From: Candidatus Krumholzibacteriia bacterium
GTDB lineage: Bacteria; Krumholzibacteriota; Krumholzibacteriia; JAJRXK01
NCBI GenBank assembly: GCA_041484665.1
Contig: JBGPIA010000016.1
Span: forward strand, 1 to 64,000
Reading direction: 5' to 3'
DNA length: 64,000 nt
The first letter of the stretch is position 1; the number at the start of each line of letters is the position of its first letter. Shown here in pieces: positions 28,668-39,312 of the stretch. The position numbers and the translations under genes were made by a program. The notes under the pieces are model-generated. The model searched no databases. It was not told the origin of the DNA and saw only the letters and a program-made list of their open reading frames with translations.

Positions 28668-28703
28668 TTGACACCTCGACCATCTATGCTATTGTGATCT
28701 ATG
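28668..28703 (+). promoter_or_regulatory. Sigma70-type promoter with overlapping ATCTATG direct repeats
   Basis: TTGACA (28668-28673), 16 nt, TGc-TATTGT (28690-28695); ATCTATG at 28682 and 28697; ATG at 28705. Confidence 0.6.
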
Positions 28704-28704
28704 T

Positions 28705-29046
28705 ATGAACCGAGAGCCGCTGCTCACAGGCCAGATCGACATGCTCCTGTTGTCGGTAGTCGCGCGTGGGCCGAGCCATGGCTACGCCATCATCGAGCAG
28801 CTACGGCTGCGCAGCCGTGGCGCCTTCGAGCTGCGCGAGGGAACGGTCTATCCGGCGCTGTATCGGCTCGAGCGAGCCGGACTCTTGAGCAGCGCGGTCG
28901 GCCACGTTGCCGGGCGCCCGCGCCGCACCTATCGGCTCACCGGGGCCGGCCTCGCCGCGCTGCGCGAGCGCCGGGACGCCTGGCGGGAGCTCGTCCGCAG
29001 CGTCAACGCCGTTCTGAAGGGCGCGCCGACGCTGCGACATGGATAG
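28705..29046 (+). CDS. PadR family transcriptional regulator
   Basis: GQIDMLLL...HGYAI...EGTVYPALYRLE...RRTYRLT. Confidence 0.92.
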   Translation: MNREPLLTGQIDMLLLSVVARGPSHGYAIIEQLRLRSRGAFELREGTVYPALYRLERAGLLSSAVGHVAGRPRRTYRLTGAGLAALRERRDAWRELVRSVNAVLKGAPTLRHG

Positions 29047-29662
29047 CCCCATCGAGGTCTATCTGCATGCTCTGCGGCGAGCGCTGCGCCGCAATCCGCT
29101 GCTCGCTCGCCGCGTTCTGGAGGAAGTTGCCGACCACCTCGCCGAGGCCGCCGCCGCCGGAAGGAGAGCTGGCATGGATCCCCGAGAAGCCGAAGAAGAC
29201 GTCGTCCGACGCATGGGCCCCGCGGATCGGCTTGCGCGGCAGTTCGACCCGTTCGACTTGCCGCTGAAGGTCTTGTTGATCGTCGCGACGTTGGCCACCG
29301 TCGCCGTGGCGCTCTGGCTGTTCACCGTCATCACCTTCGTCCTGCCGTCGCGCGATCCCGGTCACATCCGCATGTGGCTCTGGATCGCCATCGGCTTCCT
29401 TGCCTACAGCGGCCTCAGCGCGGCGTACCTGGTCCGCGGCCCACGCAGCGCGTGGTTGAAGTGGCTGGTTCTGGCTTCTTCGCTCGCCGCGATCGGGCTC
29501 GGCGTGTTCGGCGTCGCGTCGATGGTCCGGGTCGCAAACTCCGGGGGCCACTTCGAAGGCTACATCGTGCTCATGAGCGTGATCCTCTGCGGGCACGGCC
29601 TCGCCGCGATCGGCTACACGCTTGTCACCGCCCGGATCGTCCGCGCCGTTCGAAGCGCCTAG
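29039..29662 (+). CDS. PadR-partner membrane protein (HAAS/permease-prefix domain plus about 4 TM)
   Basis: IEVYL..LRRAL...LEEVADHL...AEEDVVRRMG followed by hydrophobic helices; overlaps the padR stop. Confidence 0.8.
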   Translation: MDSPIEVYLHALRRALRRNPLLARRVLEEVADHLAEAAAAGRRAGMDPREAEEDVVRRMGPADRLARQFDPFDLPLKVLLIVATLATVAVALWLFTVITFVLPSRDPGHIRMWLWIAIGFLAYSGLSAAYLVRGPRSAWLKWLVLASSLAAIGLGVFGVASMVRVANSGGHFEGYIVLMSVILCGHGLAAIGYTLVTARIVRAVRSA

Positions 29663-29675
29663 CCCAAAGCTGTCC

Positions 29676-30894
29676 ATGCTGTTCCGTGGGTTCGAGTCTG
29701 CCCTGCTTGCCGTCGCGATCGCGGTGCGCCCCCTGTCGGCGGCCGCCGCCGAGCCAGTCGACGATGCGGTGCGCATGGAGATGGATCACGGGCATGCCCC
29801 CGGGATATCTGTTGCGGTCGTGCAGGATGGCAAGCTCGTCCTGGCGCGCCGTCACCGTCCGTCAGCTCCTGAGCCATACGGGGGGCATCCCCGACTACAC
29901 GCGGGTGCCCGGCTTCATGAGAGGACTGTGGCTGGACGTGTCACCGCAGGATGTCATCGAGAGCGTCGCCGCGAAACCGCTCGACTTCGAGCCCGGCACG
30001 CGCTGGTCGTACAGCAACACGGATTACTTCCTGCTCGGCATGATCGTCGAGAAGGCGAGCGGCAGCACCTACGCGCAGTTCCTGCACGATAGGATCTTCG
30101 AGCCGCTCGGCATGACGTCGACGCAGATCAACGATCTCGGTGAAGTCATTCCCAAGCGCGCCGCGGGCTACGCCTGGGGGCACGACCGACTGCGCAATGA
30201 GGAATATGTGAGCCCCAGCCAGAAGTGGGCGGCAGGAGCCGCCGTATCCAGCGTGCAGGACCTCGCGCGCTGGGAGATGGCGATCGCGTCCGGCAAGCTG
30301 CTGCGCGCCGAGAGCTGGCGCGCCATGGAGGCTCCGGTGCACTTGAAGGATGGCACGCAGAGTCACTACGGTTTCGCCAACGAGCTCGAAGTCGATCACG
30401 GTCACCGCGTGGCGGGGAACCAGGGTGGCGCTCCCGGCTTCGACGCTACGCTCCTGCGCTATCCGGACGACGGGCTGAGCGTCATCGTGCTGACGAACCT
30501 GCGCGGGGCGGAGTCGCGCGTGCTGGCGCGGCGAATCGCGTCCCTCTATCTGCCCGTGCTCTCCGTCGCCGGCAACCGTGGTATCGAGGATCCCGATCCG
30601 CGATTCACCGAGCGCTTCACGGCTGTGCTCGAAGCCGCTGCGCGGGGTGAGGTCGACGAAACGCAATTCACCCCGCAAGGGCAGACCGAGGTCGTGCCGA
30701 TGATCCGCCGCGCCGGCCCGCAGTTCATCGGCCCGCTGGGTATCCTGCAGTCGCTCACGCTGCTCGAGAGCCGCGCCGGCGACCACGGGCGCGTGCTGCG
30801 CTACCGCGCGTCCTATGCTTCAAGATCGATCATCTGGACGATCGAGATCGACGCGAGCGGGGAGATCGCCAGCATGGATCCGCAGCCAGAGTAG
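29676..30894 (+). pseudogene. Serine hydrolase (beta-lactamase class C-like) with an internal frameshifting deletion removing SxxK
   Basis: One frame gives the signal peptide and PGISVAVVQDGKLVLAR. Another continues WRAVTVRQLLSHTGG...FEPGTRWSYSNTDY. The GYG...SxxK segment between them is missing. Confidence 0.85.
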
Positions 30895-30970
30895 CCGTCC
30901 TGCGCGTGGATGCCGTGCTGCGTCTGCGACCCAGCGGCCGCAACCGGGCCGGCGACAGGCGTGCCCAGCA

Positions 30971-33187
30971 TCAGGGCCCTGGCGCGTGCGCCAGCCACTC
31001 CCGGATCTGCTGCGCCATGGGGTGCCCGGGGTACAGCTGCAACAGGCGCTCGAGGTGCGGACGGGCAGCGGCGGGGTTGCCCGCCCCGATCATCAGCGAC
31101 GAGACGTCGAAGAGCGCCTGCTGCGAATCGGGTTGCAATGCCACGGCCTGCTCGAGCAGCGCGACCCCTTCGCTTAAGCGCCCCAGTCGAATCAGGATCA
31201 GCCCCCGGTCGAAGGCAAGCTGATACGAGTGCCGCCCCGTGCTCCAGTCGGCGTCGGCGGCGGACAACGCTCGCTCGTAAGCGTGACGTGCCTCGTCTGC
31301 ACGCTGCAACGCCTCCAATGTGACGGCGTGCTGCAGCCAGTGGTGGTATTGCCCTGGGCCTCGATCGCACAGCAGCTGCGTGTGCAGGACCGCCTCGGCG
31401 TAGCGCCCAGTGCGCATCAGGGCCTCGGCCCGGTACGCGTGGAACTCGAGCTTGTCTGGGCGGATGCGCAGCGCTGCGCCGAACGCGCTTGCGGCCGAAT
31501 CGTACTGCCCGGCCTCCATGAAGATGTGCCCGAGCATCTGCTGGGCATTCACGTTGTAGGGGGCGGCGGCCGCCGCCCGGGCGAACCAAGGACGGGCTTG
31601 CGCCGAGCGCCCGTTGCGCAGATGCCAGAAACCGATTGCGACCTCCGTGCGCCCGTGCCCCAGCGGGAGGTCCGCCAGGCGCTCGATCGATCGCGGCTCC
31701 GAGTGATTGATGGCGACCCACGGCGCCGTGTGCATCAGGGACAACAAGAGCCCCGCCAGCAGAAGCTGGACGAGGACGCGGCGCTCGCGCACGCTGGAGG
31801 CCATCCCGAAGATCGCCGCCGCAGCGTAGGCGACGCCCGCGGGGGCAAACGCGTCCCAGTCGCGGGCGTAACCGAGCGTCGGATCGGGGGTCACTGCGCT
31901 GGCGGCCAGCAGCAGCCACGCCGTCCCTCCCAGGAACACGGCGCACGGAAGACTCACCGTGCGCCGGCGCAGCACCATCACCGAGACCGGCAGCAAGAGC
32001 GCGGCTCCCAGCGGTCCGAGCAACTGTTGGCAGTTCACGAAGTCCCTGACGTGCCGCAGCGTGAAAAAGTATGCGACGGGGGTCTCCCCTCCGGCCAGCG
32101 TCTGCGTCTGCTCGCGCAGGTTGAGCAATCCCGCCCAGACGGAGTACCCCGGTGAGAGCCGCGCCAGCGCCAGGTGCAGCGCCGTCGCCAGCCCCGCAGC
32201 GAGCACGAGATCGACGAGCGCGCGGCGCGGCGCCCGGCGCAGACCACTGGCGGCGAGCACCATGAGCGCGGGCGCGAGGACCAGGTTGGATACGTGCAGC
32301 GCCACCAGGAACAGGAAGAGCGCCAGCGGCACGAGGAGGCGCAGGCGCCCTTGCAGGGACAGCACACCGGACGTCAGAAACGTACCGAGCGCGAGGGCCG
32401 GGAAGGCGTAGTTCTCGATGTAGCCGTAGAAGAGCTCGGCGTACCCTTGCGCCAAGAGCACCAAGGCGACCAGCAGGGCAACGGCGCCAGCGCCAGCGCC
32501 GGGCGTGGCGGAGGTCGCCGATTCCGCGCCGGCGGCCGGCGAATGGGAGATCGCGGCCGCCGCGCGCACACAGATTCCGGCGAACGCCGCCGCCACGAAC
32601 GCAAATAGCGCGCCGCTGACCACACTTCCAACCGCGACTGCCAGCATGGCCAGGCGGGCGTCGCCTTGGTAAGGACCGCGGCCAGTGAGCGCCAGCGCGG
32701 CGCGCAGCAGTCGCTGCTGCAGCCACATCGCCAGCGGCTCACGCGTGTGGAACTCGACCCCTTTGGGCAGATCGGTGAGCAGCGGCCAGCCGTCCCCCAG
32801 CACGGTCTGGTGCGAGCGGAGCAGCCAGAAGATCGCGCCGCAGGCGAGCGCCAGGATCGCTGCGGCGAGCCGGGGCCGTGCCTCGACCGTCCGGCCGAGC
32901 CGCTCGACTGCCCGCTCCAGACGTCGTGCGCGTCCCAGGAGCACCCACAGGCCCAGCCCACCCAGGCCCACCCACGCGACAATCGCCGCCCATCCGGGCA
33001 GGTAGGCGTATTGATGGAATCCCCAGAAGCTGCGGCGCAGGGAACCGCGTGCGGCGATCTGCAGCGCAAGCGTCGCGAGCAGGAGCACCAAGGCGACGAT
33101 CCGCAACCCCCTGGGCAGAGCAGCGCGCGCGGAGTCTGCGATGGCCAGCGCCGGACCGCCGGAGTGTGAAGAGCGCGTGTGCGCCAT
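30971..33187 (-). CDS. Polytopic membrane protein with C-terminal TPRs (possibly GT-C glycosyltransferase-like); start uncertain
   Basis: Many TM segments, FYGYIENY and YARDWD motifs, TPR-like C-terminus. Confidence 0.7.
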   Translation of the reverse strand: MAHTRSSHSGGPALAIADSARAALPRGLRIVALVLLLATLALQIAARGSLRRSFWGFHQYAYLPGWAAIVAWVGLGGLGLWVLLGRARRLERAVERLGRTVEARPRLAAAILALACGAIFWLLRSHQTVLGDGWPLLTDLPKGVEFHTREPLAMWLQQRLLRAALALTGRGPYQGDARLAMLAVAVGSVVSGALFAFVAAAFAGICVRAAAAISHSPAAGAESATSATPGAGAGAVALLVALVLLAQGYAELFYGYIENYAFPALALGTFLTSGVLSLQGRLRLLVPLALFLFLVALHVSNLVLAPALMVLAASGLRRAPRRALVDLVLAAGLATALHLALARLSPGYSVWAGLLNLREQTQTLAGGETPVAYFFTLRHVRDFVNCQQLLGPLGAALLLPVSVMVLRRRTVSLPCAVFLGGTAWLLLAASAVTPDPTLGYARDWDAFAPAGVAYAAAAIFGMASSVRERRVLVQLLLAGLLLSLMHTAPWVAINHSEPRSIERLADLPLGHGRTEVAIGFWHLRNGRSAQARPWFARAAAAAPYNVNAQQMLGHIFMEAGQYDSAASAFGAALRIRPDKLEFHAYRAEALMRTGRYAEAVLHTQLLCDRGPGQYHHWLQHAVTLEALQRADEARHAYERALSAADADWSTGRHSYQLAFDRGLILIRLGRLSEGVALLEQAVALQPDSQQALFDVSSLMIGAGNPAAARPHLERLLQLYPGHPMAQQIREWLAHAPGP

Positions 33188-33454
33188 GCGGCCCCCTACT
33201 GCAGCCTGAAGTGCTGCAGCGCCGACGCAGTGTCTGTCGCACCCGTGACGTCGACCGCTTGCGCCCGGATGTCTGTGGGCCCGGCGCGAGTCGGCGAGTC
33301 CGCGCCCGTCCATTGCACGCCGTCCCCTGGCCTGCGCTGGATGGTGCGCGGCGCGCCGTCGTGCTCCTAGCATCGGCGAACGAGCACGGAGTAGCTAGTG
33401 TCATTCTAGAGTCCGGTGCTTGTATGGCTCCGTTGCCGCGCGTAGTCTCTGTGC

Positions 33455-34980
33455 ATGCCGTCGATCCCCGCAGCAGCGTCGCACGTTTCCGCCTACCTGC
33501 GTCGCGCCGTGACGCCCTCCAGCGGCAGCACCGGGGTGCCGCTCTCGCCTGAGATCCACCGCGACCTGAGCCGCAGGCTGGCCACCGTGGCGCTCTGCTA
33601 TGCGGGCGCGTATCTGCTCGCCTATGGGACGGAGCACGTGCGCATGCTCGTCGGAGGGCAGTCGGAGCACTCACCCCTGTCCCTGGTCATTGCCCTCGTG
33701 TCCATCGCGAGCGGTATCCTGGTGTTCTTCGCGGCGCGCGTGGGCAAGCTTCCGCCGGCATCGTTGGCAAATATCACCCTCGCCTTCCAGGTGTTGGGCG
33801 CTGTGGGGATCATGGGAGGCTCGTGGGGTTGGGAAGGACACTTCGACCTGTACCAGCGTCACGTCTGGCAAGCGATCGGCTCGCCGGATCTGGCGTTTCC
33901 CCAGGGCTTCGTCGATCGGCTGGTCGCCGCCCGGCTGCGCATCGTCTACCTCGAGGGGGTGACGTGGGTGGGCGTGTGGCTGCTGATCGTGCCGATCCTC
34001 GTCCCCATGACACCGCGGCGCACGCTGCTGGCGGTGCTGCTGACTGCCGGTGCGGTCCCGGCCATGCTCGGGTTCTCGGTGGGAGCACACGGCGCACCTG
34101 CATCGATCCGGCCATGGGTCGCCGACCTGCTTCTGGACACCAGCGTGCCGACCTTCATCTGCGCCGCGATCGCCGTCTTCGGCTCGCGCGCCGTGTACCG
34201 TCTGACACGGGATCTCTCGCGCGCCCAGCAGCTCGGGAGCTACCAGCTGGTGGAGCGGATCGGCGTCGGAGGCATGGGCGAGGTGTGGCGCGCCCGTCAC
34301 CAGCTGCTCGCGCGCCCGGCGGCCATCAAGCTCATCAGGCCCGACATCCTCAGCGGGCCGGATCCGGCGTCATCCCGCGAGATGCTCCGCCGCTTCGAGC
34401 GCGAGGCGCAGGCGACCGCTGCTCTGCGCTCGCCGCACACGGTGGAGCTCTACGACTTCGGCATCGCGCAGGACGGCACGTTCTACTACGTGATGGAGAT
34501 GCTCGACGGCTTCGATCTGAAAACGCTGGTCGAGCGGTTCGGCCCGGTGCCGGCATCGCGCGCGATCCATCTGCTGGGACAGGTCTGTCACTCGCTGGAG
34601 GACGCGCACCGGTCGGGTCTGGTGCACCGCGACGTCAAGCCCTCGAATATCTTCATCTGCCGGCGCGGTCTCGACCACGACTTCGTGAAGGTGCTACGAC
34701 TTCGGCCTCGTGAAGAGCGTGGACGGCGCCGACGCCTTTGGCAACGCTCCGCAAGCACGTGCACGATGCGCTGGTTCCTCCGTCGGAGCGCCTGGGCGAG
34801 CCGGTCGCGGCGCCGTTCGAGCGTCTCGTGCTCGATTGCCTGCGCAAGAATCCGGCGGAGCGCCCGCCGAGCGCCGCCGCAGTGGCGACGCGTCTCTCCG
34901 AGTGCGCTGCGTCCATCGGCCCGTGGATGCCGTTGGAGGCCGAGACGTGGTGGAAGCACAACGCGCCCGCGCCCGGCTGA
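33455..34980 (+). pseudogene. Membrane-anchored Ser/Thr kinase, frameshifted and internally deleted
   Basis: IGVGGMGEVW, AAIK, HRDVKPSN intact. An extra base at about 34696 shifts VKVL|DFGLVK. Subdomains VIII-X are absent, and CLRKNPAERP lies in a different frame from DFG. Confidence 0.85.
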
Positions 34981-35963
34981 GCTCCGCAGAGCCTGTCGGC
35001 CCGATCCGGCGCCAGATTGTCAGACCGCGCGAACGTCCCTGCAGGGGGCTTCCCTGGACTCGTGCCGCGCAGAGGTGACCTGTCGAGCCCTTCCCGCCCA
35101 CCCGCTGCGCCTGCGGATCCTACCCGCCCCATCAGGCAGACGCCTCCCCACGGGCGGCCACCCTGGTGGCCGGACGACTCCGGCAGGAGGGCCAGCAGGC
35201 GCATCGGGAACGGAACGCGTCTCGCCCGGGCCGCGGCCTTGAAGATGGAATGGACTTCGACCGCTTTCCAGCCCGCGGGCTCGAAGAACGCCGGACCTTC
35301 AGGCGGCCCGAACTGCAGGGACGAGCTTCCTTGCGCCAGGCGCTGACCCCAGCTCTGCTGCGCCATCTTCAACAAGCCTGGCGAAGTGAGGTCAAGCGCC
35401 CAGCGATGGATCGATGCGTGGGCGGCGAGATCGCGCGCGAGCCCGAGGACATCCTCCCGCGCGAAGTAGATCAGCAGTCCTTCGGTCACGATCAGAGCAC
35501 TCTGCGCCGAGCTGCCCAGGCGGGCGAGCAGCTCGCGGCGGGCCGCGCCGTCCGCCAGGTCGAGCCCGACGCGCTGAAGTCTGCACACCGGCGTCTCACC
35601 GCCGAGCATTTCCTCCTTCTCCACGAGGATGTCCGGAAGGTCCACTTCCACCCAGCGCAGCGACGGCGGCAGCCGCAGACGATAGGGGCGCGCGTCGAGC
35701 CCTGCCGCCAGGTTCACCACCGTGTCGCAACCCTGCTCGACGCAGGCGAGGATGGCGCGGTCGAAGAGATGCGTACGCAACGCCCAGGCCCATTCTCCCG
35801 TGCGGGCAAACTCCCGGGCGATCTGCGCGCCGCGCTCGCCGGCGAGCTTGCGGGCAAAGGGGTCGTGGAACAGCGCGTCGGACCGCTCGGTCTCGATGGC
35901 GCGGTGCGTGGCGACCCAGCGCGCTGTGTCGGAGATGTTGCGGATGAGCGGTTCGTCGTGCAT
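34653..35963 (-). CDS. SAM-dependent methyltransferase (LCM family); domain ends at about 35120, stop apparently lost
   Basis: SDTARWVA..RA.E..R.DALFHDPFA, VVNLAAGLDARPYRL, EVDLP, TEGLLIY; AAGGAGG RBS. The tail overlaps the kinase remnant antisense. Confidence 0.85.
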   Translation of the reverse strand: MHDEPLIRNISDTARWVATHRAIETERSDALFHDPFARKLAGERGAQIAREFARTGEWAWALRTHLFDRAILACVEQGCDTVVNLAAGLDARPYRLRLPPSLRWVEVDLPDILVEKEEMLGGETPVCRLQRVGLDLADGAARRELLARLGSSAQSALIVTEGLLIYFAREDVLGLARDLAAHASIHRWALDLTSPGLLKMAQQSWGQRLAQGSSSLQFGPPEGPAFFEPAGWKAVEVHSIFKAAARARRVPFPMRLLALLPESSGHQGGRPWGGVCLMGRVGSAGAAGGREGLDRSPLRGTSPGKPPAGTFARSDNLAPDRADRLCGAQPGAGALCFHHVSASNGIHGPMDAAHSERRVATAAALGGRSAGFLRRQSSTRRSNGAATGSPRRSDGGTSASCTCLRSVAKGVGAVHALHEAEVVAPSRSRGRDRAGR

Positions 35964-36025
35964 GGCTGCCTCCTTGCGGCGCCCCCTGCGGTGGAGCAGG
36001 CCGCGACAGGCCAGGCCGCGGCGTG

Positions 36026-37492
36026 TTAGGCCGCGGCGTGCTCGATGGGCGTGGCGACATACCACTGGTTGCCGGACGAGTCCGCCAGGGCGGCGACGCG
36101 CGCGCCGTAGGGTTGGTCTGCGGGCGAGGCCAGCGAGGTTGCACCGGCCTCGATGGCGCGTTGGTACCAGGCGTCCGCGTCGTCCACGTACAGGAAGAAT
36201 TTCGTCGGCATGGGCTGGCACTGGCCGTGTGCCTCGCCCATCTCCACCACCGAGTCGCCGATGCGGACCTTGGCGTGGAGGATCGTGCCCGTGGTCGACC
36301 GGTGGAGGGCCAGCTCCTGCGCGGCGAAGGCGCGCTTGAGGAAATCGACCACCTGGTCGGCGCCTCGCGGGTGAAGAGATGGAGTGATCGTGCGCAAGCC
36401 AGGGGGTGCGAGCCCGGTGGCCTTGTTCGTTGCGATGTACCAGTGGTTGCCGGCCAGATCGCGGACGCTGCCTTCGCGGTCACCGTAGTCCATGTCCGTT
36501 GGCGGCTTGATGGACGTGGCGCCCGCGGCGATCGCGCGCTGGTACACGGCGTCGGCGTCGTGGACGTAGAGATGGATCGCCGTCGGCATGGGCGTCCCGC
36601 TGAAAGCCTTGCCGCCGCCGATCATCACCATCGAGTCGCCGATCCGGTACTCGCCGTGGATGCCCCCCTGGGACCCCGTCCCCAGGACTTTGCCTTGCGC
36701 GCCGAAGGCCTGCTCCACGAACCCGATCAGCTCCTCGGCCTCGCGCACCGCGAGATACGGCGTGACCGTGTGGAAGCCTTCGGGAATGGGTCGCGTCCGG
36801 CGCGGCGCGTCCGCCGTGGGTGCGGCGCCGGCTCCCTGCCCGCGCATCAGCGCATCGAAGCGCCGCTGCATCTCGGTCGGTGCGACCTCCTCGGTGCGCA
36901 TGGAGAGGATCCAGGTGAGGCCGAACGGGTCAGCCACCTTTCCGGAGCGCTCTCCGTAGAACTGATCCTCGACCGGTCGGGTGAGACTCGCGCCGGCCGC
37001 CACGGCCCGACGGGCGAAGGCGTCCACATCGTCGACCTGCAGATGGATCTTCACCGGTGAGCCTCCGATCGCCTGCGGGCTGAGCGCGCCGTAATCCGGG
37101 AACTCGTCGGAGAGCATGATGGTGGATTGGCCGATGCGAAGCTCGGCGTGGCCGATCCGCCCACCGGGGTCGGTCAGGCGGTACAGCTCCACCGCGCCAA
37201 ACGCCCGCGCGTAGAACTCGATGGCGGCCGCTGCGTCGCGGACGCACAGGTACGCGGTGGCGGTCTGGCGAGCCGGGGGTGCGGCGACCACGTCAGTTGC
37301 CATGGAGGCTTTCCTGTCGATCTCGCCGCGAAGCCGGGAACGGAACGCGGGGCGCGGCAAATCGCGCAGGTCGTCAGCGATACGCACGAGCGGGGCGACC
37401 GTCGCGTCCACGGGGGGTGGCGCGGCATGCGGATTGGCGAGCAACGCCGTCAGCGCCGCGTCGAGTTGGTCGGACTGGGACGGCTTAGCCAT
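36026..37492 (-). CDS. Triple VOC/glyoxalase (PhnB-like) protein with N-terminal anti-sigma-like segment
   Basis: Three repeats of YL..AFGA..H.E/K.RIG.S...YG.R...D..G..W preceded by a roughly 65-aa helical segment; overlaps the sigma stop. Confidence 0.88.
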   Translation of the reverse strand: MAKPSQSDQLDAALTALLANPHAAPPPVDATVAPLVRIADDLRDLPRPAFRSRLRGEIDRKASMATDVVAAPPARQTATAYLCVRDAAAAIEFYARAFGAVELYRLTDPGGRIGHAELRIGQSTIMLSDEFPDYGALSPQAIGGSPVKIHLQVDDVDAFARRAVAAGASLTRPVEDQFYGERSGKVADPFGLTWILSMRTEEVAPTEMQRRFDALMRGQGAGAAPTADAPRRTRPIPEGFHTVTPYLAVREAEELIGFVEQAFGAQGKVLGTGSQGGIHGEYRIGDSMVMIGGGKAFSGTPMPTAIHLYVHDADAVYQRAIAAGATSIKPPTDMDYGDREGSVRDLAGNHWYIATNKATGLAPPGLRTITPSLHPRGADQVVDFLKRAFAAQELALHRSTTGTILHAKVRIGDSVVEMGEAHGQCQPMPTKFFLYVDDADAWYQRAIEAGATSLASPADQPYGARVAALADSSGNQWYVATPIEHAAA

Positions 37493-38066
37493 TGCCTTCA
37501 CCTATCCGCGCGCGCAAGTTCTGCAACGCACGGAACTGGAGCTGCTTGATCGCGCCTTCGGACCGTTGCAGGGCATGGGCGACCTCGCGGATGCTCTGCT
37601 CGCCGGCGAAGCGCAACTCGATGACACGGCGCTGATCGGCCGGGAGGCTCTCTACCAGTTGGAAGAGCTCGGCGCGCCGCTCGACCTCCGCGAGCTCGGC
37701 CGCGGCCGGCTCGTGCGGAATCTGCCCTTCCCGCGCCTCTTGCGTCGCTTGCCCCTCTTCGGACACCGGGTTTTGGCGCTCGCGAGCCGCCCGCTTCCAG
37801 CGGTCGGCGACGGCGTTGGCGGCAATCCGCAAGAGCCAGGCCGACAACGGGATGCCGCGCCACTCGAAGCGTGGAAGGCCTGCGAGCGCCTGATGGAACA
37901 CGTCGGACGTCAGGTCCTGCGCCACATCGCGGTCACGGACGCGGCGCGCGATGAAGGCATAGACACGGTCGAAATGGCGCTCGTAGAGCGCGGCGAAGTG
38001 GCGCGGGTCCCGCTGTGCCGCTTCCACGAGCTGCCGCTCATCAGGTTCGTGCCCGGGCGCCTTCAA
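37485..38066 (-). CDS. ECF RNA polymerase sigma factor; TTG start inferred
   Basis: FAALYERHFDRVYAF, AQDLTSDVF, AWLLRIAAN, LPADQRRVIELRF...EVA....SEGAIKQLQFRAL. Confidence 0.88.
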   Translation of the reverse strand: MKAPGHEPDERQLVEAAQRDPRHFAALYERHFDRVYAFIARRVRDRDVAQDLTSDVFHQALAGLPRFEWRGIPLSAWLLRIAANAVADRWKRAARERQNPVSEEGQATQEAREGQIPHEPAAAELAEVERRAELFQLVESLPADQRRVIELRFAGEQSIREVAHALQRSEGAIKQLQFRALQNLRARIGEGNG

Positions 38067-38451
38067 GGGTTCTCCGTCCGACGTCTTCCTCGGCGACTTG
38101 CCACTGGATAGTAACTGCGATGGCGGCGAAAGGTTACGGTGCGGATGGGGGGCACTTTCCGGGGGAAGGGCTGCCGGCGCAGCGCGCCGGCGGGGCGACC
38201 TTCCGACAACATGGGGCCGCGGTGCGAGAAACCGCGCCTGCGCCTGGGGGCGTGCTGGCGCGGCGGGCGGCCCGTAGCGCAGAGGAGATCCCGCATCTCT
38301 CCACCACCCCTGCCCGCCGCGGCTTCCAGCCGCCGATTCCAGTCGCGACTTCAAGCCGCCGGTTTCAGTCGCGCCGTCCCCCTGCCCCGTCGCGCTGTCC
38401 CGTCCGGCGGCCCCTTCCCACGGCCCCTGCGGCTCCCGTACCATTCCACCC

Positions 38452-39030
38452 ATGGCTGAGGATCTGACCGCCTGGTTCCGTCAGCTCTCCGACGGTGATG
38501 CCGGATCGCTGGACCGCATCGTGCGCGTGTTGTACGCCGAGCTGCACGAGCTGGCGCGCTGGCGTCTGCGCGACGAGCGTCGCGGCCACACCCTCCCCGC
38601 GACCGCGCTGGTGAACGAGGCCTACCTGCGCCTTGCCCACCAGAATCGCATCGCCGCCGGGAGCCGCACGCAGTTCTTCGCGGTGGCCTCGAACACCATG
38701 CGCCGCGCACTGGTCGACTACGTACGCACCCGCGCCCGCTTGAAGCGCGGCGGGGGCATGGAACGCGTCCCGCTGGAGCACGCCGAGGCGCTGCTCACCG
38801 ACGAGGAGGCCGACGAGCTGCTCGCGCTGGAAGACGCTTTGGGCCGGCTCGCCCAGCTGAATCCGCGTGGGGCCCAGGTCGTCGAGCACCGCTTCTTCCC
38901 CGGTCTTTCCGTCGAGGAGATCGCCGAGTTGCTCGGCGTATCATCGAAGACCGTGCAGCGCGACTGGATCGCAGCGCGCGCATGGCTCCGCAAGGAAGTG
39001 GCCCGGGACCTCGGATTGCCCGAGCGACGC
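38452..39030 (+). CDS. ECF sigma factor of the Ser/Thr-kinase-associated (ECF43-like) type; no stop codon, frame runs into the next gene
   Basis: LYAELHELA...ERRGHTLPATALVNEAYLRL...FFAVASNTMRRALVD..R...KRGG...TVQRDW..ARAWL. Confidence 0.85.
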
Positions 39031-39312
39031 GCGGCACGTGGACGGTGCCTGCCCGATGACCGCCGCGGACGAGCGCCCCGCCCCAGCGCCGCGATTTCCA
39101 AGCCCTCCACCGGGAGCGAATGGTCTACAATCATGGGAGCCATCTTGCGAGAGGTCGCTTGGCCGCCCCCTGGCAATCCTCGGATCGCCGGCGGATCGGC
39201 GCCACAGCGCTCTCTCTGCCCGCCGACCCACCTGTCGGGTCGGATCGCTGCAACGCATCTCGAGGTTGTTCCCCCCGAACGGCCGTTCGCACCATCAGCT
39301 CCGGGAGATATC

